Below the pieces are notes generated by a model that was not told the DNA's origin, searched no databases, and saw only the letters and a program-made list of their open reading frames with translations. The position numbers were made by a program, and so were the translations under genes. Shown here piece after piece: positions 58,020 to 64,000 of a stretch of 64,000 nucleotides of DNA. Every line of letters starts with the position of its first letter. The first letter of the stretch is position 1. The DNA comes from Perkinsus chesapeaki ATCC PRA-425 (taxonomy: Eukaryota; Protista; Perkinsozoa), in the NCBI GenBank assembly GCA_013115145.1, contig JAAPAO010000064.1, positions 1-64,000 on the forward strand. The letters are read 5' to 3'.

Positions 58020-60515
58020 ATGTCTTGCTGCCGTGCGTGTCATCAGTCATCTTGTGACGTAGAAGACTGTGTTGAAGGTCCCGTGGCCAACTTCTCTCAC
58101 CGTGGCTTGTCCTTCGTTCCGATCCTTGATTTTCGCGCCACGTTGGTCGGCCTCTACCTGCAGGACAACAAGCTCATTGGAGAGCTACCCCACCTCGGCA
58201 AGTTGCCGCATCTCCGCGATCTTGACCTCTCCGACAACCTCCTCTCTGGCATCCCTGAGTACAGCCTGGAGGGCTGCACTACCCTCGCCCGAGTGAGCCT
58301 GGCAAATAACCGGTGGCTCGTATCGGTGCGCGGCCTCCATGAAGTTCGTAGGACCTTGCGTGCCCTGAACCTGTCCTGTTGCCCTCGCCTCGCCAACATG
58401 TGGCCTGTTGGGTTTAGCCTAAAGCTGGCTGTATTGGTGTGTGATTCTGGCGAACTATCTGAGGTCCAAGAGTACATGTGTCATGTCCAGCCCAGAGGCA
58501 TGTGTTCTGAAGAGGAATGGCTTTATTCTGATAAGCTAGAGCGGCTGCTGGAGCGTCCAGACAGAGCAGACGAGGGGTACCATTACGACACATACACGGA
58601 GCCCGACGTAACCCCTCGTGGCTACGGCTCTGGCTTATGCGTTAAGAGCGTGGGTTGCAGCCCTCCCGGGTACGGCAAGAAGTGCTGTGGCTCGGAATGC
58701 TTAACAACGATGGACGGATGTGACGTTCTGGTGGAGCGCGAAGTTGTTGATTGCAGCGCCTCCGTGGACTCGTGGGACATGGAGCGAGATACTGGGCCGA
58801 CATATACGTCAGGCCAGGTTCCTGTATTCCCGTCGGAGCTGCCGGGCACCAGAGGCTTCGAATATGAACGAGCTAGGACTGTTTCAGATGCACGGTTCAT
58901 GCAGGGCCTGCCGCGGTGTCGCGATCGTGGCCCAGGTGCCCCATGCTGCGGTGGCCGCCGTGGACCCCGACCGGCCCTGACCGAGATGGTGGATTATTGG
59001 GAGGAGGACTCGGCAGATCGCATGTGTTACAGTGGGCTGGACTTGACTGCGGCGGGGAGCTGCGAGAGAAGTCGCAGGTGTCTTATATTCGCCGCAAGGC
59101 TGGCAGAGGTCTGCTCGGGGTCGCAATACCGGAACAAGGCGATGGTCCTCGCCGAGCTGTTGGACAACGCTAGAGGAGGAGGGATGCGGAAGAGCTCTTA
59201 CAGGTCCCACCCTCCCGTGCCTGGTGGTAGCGAGGTCCTGGAGCCTCTTGGAAGCTCTGGGCATGCATACGACACTGAAAACCGACACAACGCAGCAGGC
59301 AGCGCGTCATACGCCTCCGGGTATAAAGTCGCTGGGGAAAGATACTCTTCCGGGAGCTGGCGCTCGAAAGACTCCCGCGGAGGGTCCAGCAATACGAGGT
59401 CACAAGGCTTTGAATATGGCTCTGGCTCAGGGAAGTCCTATGGATCTATCGGTGAAAACTCTCGTAGACTGCAGGGAGCTATGGTCCATCATCATGTAAA
59501 GGATGTGGATGTTGTGCAGGTGGGCAGCAGCGGACAAGCTGGAGAACGCCACGAAAGGAGGGAATACACGTCAATTCGAGAAGGTAATAGCCGGGAGGGC
59601 TCTGGCCGGGGTGCTAGCATGGAGCTGCAGCAGCAGGCCAGTGGTAGATATCACAGGAGTGGCATGGTCAGTAAATGGGGCAGCAGCGGCGACAGTGGTG
59701 GGAGTATTGAGGTATTGCCCAGCCAAGGAAGGAGCTTGCCCCGGAGTGGCAGTGTTGAGGTGCTCTCGTCTATGGACAGGTCCGATAGGCATACAGTGGG
59801 GGGCTCAGGAGGGCGGGGTATGGTGTACAGGAGCCGGGAAATAGTGTCAGAGAGGCAGGGTGCCGTGGGATCTGGCCAGGCCTATCGGCATGAGAGATGG
59901 GAGCGAACTAGGGAGGGTGATGGCCGCCTATCTGGCTCTCGCGGCAGTGTTGAGGTGTTGCCCAGTAGGGCCGATAGGTCCACGGAGGTACTGCCAAGTA
60001 GGGCCCATAGGTCCACGGGAGTACTGCCAAGTAGGGCCCATAGGTCCACGGAAGTACTGCCAAGTAGGGCCCATAGGTCCACTGAAGTATTAGCCAGCAG
60101 GCCCCGTGGGTCGGCGGAGGTGCTGCCGCCTAGACACATCAGGACCGATGAAAGACAATCGACTTCTAGAGGAGGATCTATCAGACCGGGCTACCACCAT
60201 GAACACTACCATGAACGAGTCGAAATAAAAGGCGGAACGAAGCCCCTAGTGGTGGATGAGTCCGTGGACATATCGAGGGTTGAGGAAACCGCTCCAGCTG
60301 CCGGAGAATCTGTTATTGTTGAGGATGCGCCGCCCCCGCTGGCCTCCATGTCCGACCGTCAAGTCCGTTCGGGCGCCGAGACCCCACCAGCCAAGAGTCT
60401 TTCGGACCGGCGGGATGAGCGACCTTCACTGCTGACAATGCCGTATAGGTCTGCCCTAAGCAACAGAGAGGAGGATACCCTACTTAAGCTGCATGAGGCA
60501 GACAGGAGAGAGTAG
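58020..60515 (+). CDS. intronless leucine-rich-repeat protein with Cys-rich middle and long S/G/R-rich disordered tail
   Basis: LRRs LVGLYLQDNKL, LRDLDLSDNLL, LARVSLANN, LRALNLSCC; 831-aa ORF. Confidence 0.8.
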   Translation: MSCCRACHQSSCDVEDCVEGPVANFSHRGLSFVPILDFRATLVGLYLQDNKLIGELPHLGKLPHLRDLDLSDNLLSGIPEYSLEGCTTLARVSLANNRWLVSVRGLHEVRRTLRALNLSCCPRLANMWPVGFSLKLAVLVCDSGELSEVQEYMCHVQPRGMCSEEEWLYSDKLERLLERPDRADEGYHYDTYTEPDVTPRGYGSGLCVKSVGCSPPGYGKKCCGSECLTTMDGCDVLVEREVVDCSASVDSWDMERDTGPTYTSGQVPVFPSELPGTRGFEYERARTVSDARFMQGLPRCRDRGPGAPCCGGRRGPRPALTEMVDYWEEDSADRMCYSGLDLTAAGSCERSRRCLIFAARLAEVCSGSQYRNKAMVLAELLDNARGGGMRKSSYRSHPPVPGGSEVLEPLGSSGHAYDTENRHNAAGSASYASGYKVAGERYSSGSWRSKDSRGGSSNTRSQGFEYGSGSGKSYGSIGENSRRLQGAMVHHHVKDVDVVQVGSSGQAGERHERREYTSIREGNSREGSGRGASMELQQQASGRYHRSGMVSKWGSSGDSGGSIEVLPSQGRSLPRSGSVEVLSSMDRSDRHTVGGSGGRGMVYRSREIVSERQGAVGSGQAYRHERWERTREGDGRLSGSRGSVEVLPSRADRSTEVLPSRAHRSTGVLPSRAHRSTEVLPSRAHRSTEVLASRPRGSAEVLPPRHIRTDERQSTSRGGSIRPGYHHEHYHERVEIKGGTKPLVVDESVDISRVEETAPAAGESVIVEDAPPPLASMSDRQVRSGAETPPAKSLSDRRDERPSLLTMPYRSALSNREEDTLLKLHEADRRE
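59952..60134 (+). repeat. 33-bp coding tandem repeat (EVLPSRAHRST), about 5.5 units
   Basis: GAGGTACTGCCAAGTAGGGCCCATAGGTCCACG units starting 59952, 59985, 60018, 60051, 60084, 60117. Confidence 0.95.
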
Positions 60516-60684
60516 AGCGCTGGGGAATCATACCTAGTTTTACGAATCTGATGTGAAGCAAACACGCCCTTTCCCCACGGCTAGCAATCGTCCTGCCTTT
60601 ATGGCGCTTAATGGATTCATGTTGTCCTTACTCGCAATGCTCTTGCGTTGATAAATCCGTCGGGCAGTTTTCAGTTTTTCAAAT

Positions 60685-60876
60685 ATGCCCAGGGACTGGG
60701 TTCGCGATGCAATCAAGAGGGATTTCCGGCGGGCTGAAGCAGCCAAACGAGGGGGCTTCGGCTCGATCCATCGGCCGCGGACTCGGCTGGAGAAGAAGCT
60801 TCACGTAGAGACGCTGGATAAGATACCGTTTGAGATGGTACCGGCGATGGAAGCCAGGAGAGGAGGGGTAGTATAG
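60685..60876 (+). CDS. possible small basic protein (63 aa) or first exon
   Basis: MPRDWVRDAIKRDFRRAEAAKRGG...; preceded by a pyrimidine tract and AG; no family recognised. Confidence 0.3.
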   Translation: MPRDWVRDAIKRDFRRAEAAKRGGFGSIHRPRTRLEKKLHVETLDKIPFEMVPAMEARRGGVV

Positions 60877-62266
60877 GCAGGGTTAGGTTGGGTTGGCAAC
60901 CTCGTCATTATCCTGAACTTCACATTTTCCGCTCTCATGGCGTTCGTATCATCCCTGTATCCTTTCTTGAACACGCTAGTCTTGCCATACTAGAATCATT
61001 TGATAAGGCCACGTTAATAAGGCCTCTGTTTTCACGCCGTGAAAACAGAGATCACGCTTGTTCCAGAGTAAGTCTCTTGCGTTCCTCCATCTTAAACTGG
61101 TGCGATACCGTCTCACTGTTAATAAGCGTAATATTATGGCAAATTGCCATGACAACCCATTGGCAAAGACATTGCCATAACGTATCATACATTATCGTAA
61201 TGAACAGAGAATTCACTCAATGCTACAGCCCAAATTCATCTCCGGCTTTTGTACTGCTCACAAAGGGGGGGATCATACGTACATTGTAGAAGCACAACAT
61301 CTTCCTTTTTTGCCACGGTAAAGGCCCGTTTCCGGTCTTCAGGGAGGCCCACATCCTAGTGGTCCTACCAGATAGTAAATCATGGCCAATAGAATGCCCC
61401 ATTTCTAATAACTCATTAGTAATAAGAAGGCTACGAGTCGTAGCATATACAGACCACCATTTCCCGCCGCCTGACGCTGTGATCTATTACCTTGATATTA
61501 CCTGCAACAAGTTTGGGGTGTTCTCGTCTGTGTAACAAGGCTTGAGGGGCAACTCAATGGGGAATACCAGCTCCTTGAGTGGTTACCAACGGTGGTACCG
61601 GGCTAGTAAGTTGGCTGGCCCAGGTGACGTAGAAATCCTGTGACAGAAATCCTGTCGACCAGTCGGTCACGAGGAAGTATATCGTCTTACTCGGATGGCG
61701 ATCAGAGAGGGGTGATTGTGTCTGCTTTCTGTTGCAGAATGACAGCAGGTATTAGCTTACCAACTTGGTAATACCAAGTCCTGGGTCGCATGTGAGTTGG
61801 GACTTGTGGATCGTCGAACTTTAGGAACATCGAATTTTGGACGTTGATATGTCACGCCTGGCTGTCCTTGACGTGTGTCTACGACATTCACCCAACAATC
61901 GTATTTAATACTTCTCAGCCAGACTGGCTGACCCAGCTTCACGCCATGCGAATCATTCTTCATGACCAGGTCAGATGTATGAGGTTTGCCTTGGGTACAT
62001 ATCGGCCGGTAAAAGTTCCTCAAGGTTTCCTTGATAATGCCGCGTGGAATTGAGTCCATGCGTGCGTGACAATTGTCCCTCGGCGTGACACCAATGGCGC
62101 TGCCAAAGCCCTCAGCTTCCCAACTTCAAGTTTTTCCTTTTTCACTCAAGTAGCATCTTGAGCTTTGTTACAATCGCAAGTACTTATACCTATGAACATT
62201 CAAGCTTCTAAGCGCAAAATGATAACTCAAAGGAAGGGTTGGTCTCTATATGGTAAAGGATGTTGT

Positions 62267-62659
62267 ATGTTATTCCTACTTGGCATGCTGTTGACTATGC
62301 TTGGCAATGTGGGAGGCTGTAATGACCCTTCTCCAATGCCGGAAAGTGGCCTGTATAGTGGCCAGAATGGGAAGTATAGCTTCCGTTGGAATGTTCAACA
62401 CTTTCCCGGCGATCTACTCAAGGGTAGGGCTTACATTGCCGCTACTCGTCTTGATATCCCAGAGCCGAAGGAGTTCACTGCTTCTGCGGTTGCGTATTGG
62501 CGTGGTCCTCCCAAAGGGTACACTATGGACTTCAACAGATCGGACGTTGGTTTGGTCGAGCTTTGCAAGAACCTAGAGATGAACCCCAATGATTGGTGGG
62601 GGTTCAAACATGGATCAGATTGGATTGAAGCATTCGGTGTTAAACTACAGCGTACATAA
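62267..62659 (+). CDS. small secreted protein of a lineage-specific type
   Basis: Signal peptide MLFLLGMLLTMLGNVGG followed by PESGLYSG; intronless. Confidence 0.55.
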   Translation: MLFLLGMLLTMLGNVGGCNDPSPMPESGLYSGQNGKYSFRWNVQHFPGDLLKGRAYIAATRLDIPEPKEFTASAVAYWRGPPKGYTMDFNRSDVGLVELCKNLEMNPNDWWGFKHGSDWIEAFGVKLQRT

Positions 62660-63539
62660 CCTCCACTTGGGAGTATGTGATCGGATCTCTCATATCCCAT
62701 CTTTCAATGCTGAGTGAAGGCTTCACTGTGAGGCTCAAGCATAAGTCTCAGGCTTACATGATGTAAGTTACATCCAGTAAGTGGCAATCCTTATTTTATT
62801 GTATCAATGATAACCAGTAAGTAGTAAGTACTACTTACTAAGTAGTCGCCAGACGAGTTTTCTCTTGCTCGCTGACCCTCTCAGCCTTGCTAATCATTGT
62901 GTTGAAAATGAGGTAAATATAATAATAGCCCAATAGGTGGATCCAGTTCACAAGCTTCCTTGCAAACGGGTGAAGTTATCCAATCGTGTGTAAATTCAAC
63001 AGTCTCAATGATAAGGTCCTCCTATCCTCACTAGGCCTTCCTGTAAACTGTAGCTCCGTGGATTCATGTTATAATGGGGTGGGCTAGTGTGCCGCCCACC
63101 CGCTTGACAAGCTCTGTGGTGTACTTCTCATCATTTTAGTACATTAAGAAAACCTATCAGAATATGTGATATCTATCGGTGTTTGGAGACCATTGTCAAT
63201 AGATATGACTATAATGTTACGCTCTATGCCGATCCCCCCATCAATGCGAGTTTTTTTTCTTTTAAAGCTGAGCCAGCTGGGTGTGGTGTGAGCCAGTAGA
63301 ACGCGTCCTAGGTTAGAACTCTCACCCCGTACTTCCCTGCTTCCTGCACATAGATATCGAGCATTTATAAGCTTAATAATGGTTATATATTGGCAAGTTT
63401 TGCTTAGAACATGCGGACCACTGGAGCGTCGCTCGATACTCACGCCCGCCGTGAAAACCGCGCCAGTGGATATACTAATTCTTAAAACGGATTTTATGGC
63501 TGAGTGCGCTTCTTCTCACCAAGTTGTTAAGCTTTGAAT

Positions 63540-64000
63540 GTCAGGTCCTTATAGGCAGACGAAGCCGGATTGCCCTCGGTACCGATCCAGTTGAGAAGAT
63601 ACTCCGTAGATATGCCTCTGATCCAGCTGGGGACATCCTAGAGACTCTCTGTAAAGCCTGTGTGGAACAGACTTCTCCAGACAATGGCCCGGTTACGGGT
63701 TCAGATCGCAAAGCTCTGTTTGATGATCTATGGGCAACTCTTGCTGATGCCGTATCGGCTACCATGGCAGAGACCGCACTCAGCAGCCTGGATGCAGCAA
63801 TTGTCCTCAAATGCTTCGCCTACTGTAACAGGGTTCCTCCAAAGCCACTGTTGCTCAAGTTACTTCGGCGAGTGGTAGGCAGAGGCTCTAAGAGGCTCTC
63901 CGAATTCGGCCCGCTTTACACTTTGCAATGTATCGCGAAGTTGCCCGAAGTCGATGAGGAGGTCGGTCAGATAGCCGGTAATATTGTCGGCTTTGGTCGC
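63540..64000 (+). CDS. partial helical-repeat-like protein running off the window end
   Basis: Stop-free frame VLIGRRSRIALG...LDAAIVLKCFAYCNRVPPKPLLLKLLRRV...; start not resolved. Confidence 0.4.

Noticed and set aside
60888-62100. Short ORFs possibly from a retroelement
   Set aside because: No RT, integrase or gag motif identifiable
62816-62839. 10-bp stem hairpin AGTAAGTAGT-AAGT-ACTACTTACT
   Set aside because: Low-complexity AGT repeats; no supporting context

Overview
Eukaryotic, gene-dense, intron-rich DNA (many 40-60 nt GT-AG introns, about 50% GC, 70-200 nt spacers between same-strand genes). The gene content (HPPK-DHPS fusion, intronless secreted pepsin-family gene, alveolate-type alpha/beta hydrolase) points to a myzozoan alveolate, most likely Perkinsus (inference). 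Most genes had to be spliced by eye from short exons, so boundaries marked approximate may shift. Left to right: satellite-flanked intronless PIF1-like helicase; mitochondrial TPR protein; HPPK-DHPS; GCP5-like gamma-tubulin complex subunit; large alpha/beta hydrolase; two tandem paralogues with repeated helical domains and low-complexity tails; SH3/IQ protein; two tandem EF-hand proline dehydrogenases; TTC33-like; WW protein; Arp3-like; a pepsin-fold pseudoprotease; MIC19-like; FAM50/XAP5; Nop52/RRP1; SGNH/PC-esterase; Nova-like KH protein; 4-TM Orai-like protein; PARP2-like gene with a tRNA-Lys(CUU) inside an intron; LRR protein with 33-bp repeats; small secreted protein. Best leads: the intron-nested tRNA lacking a Pol III terminator, a recurrent 13-mer TTTYGTGGCGCGC, the double Asp-to-Arg pseudoprotease, the MIC19-like gene absent from the ORF track, and the intron-containing/intronless paralogue pair. 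No CRISPR array or intact transposon was found.
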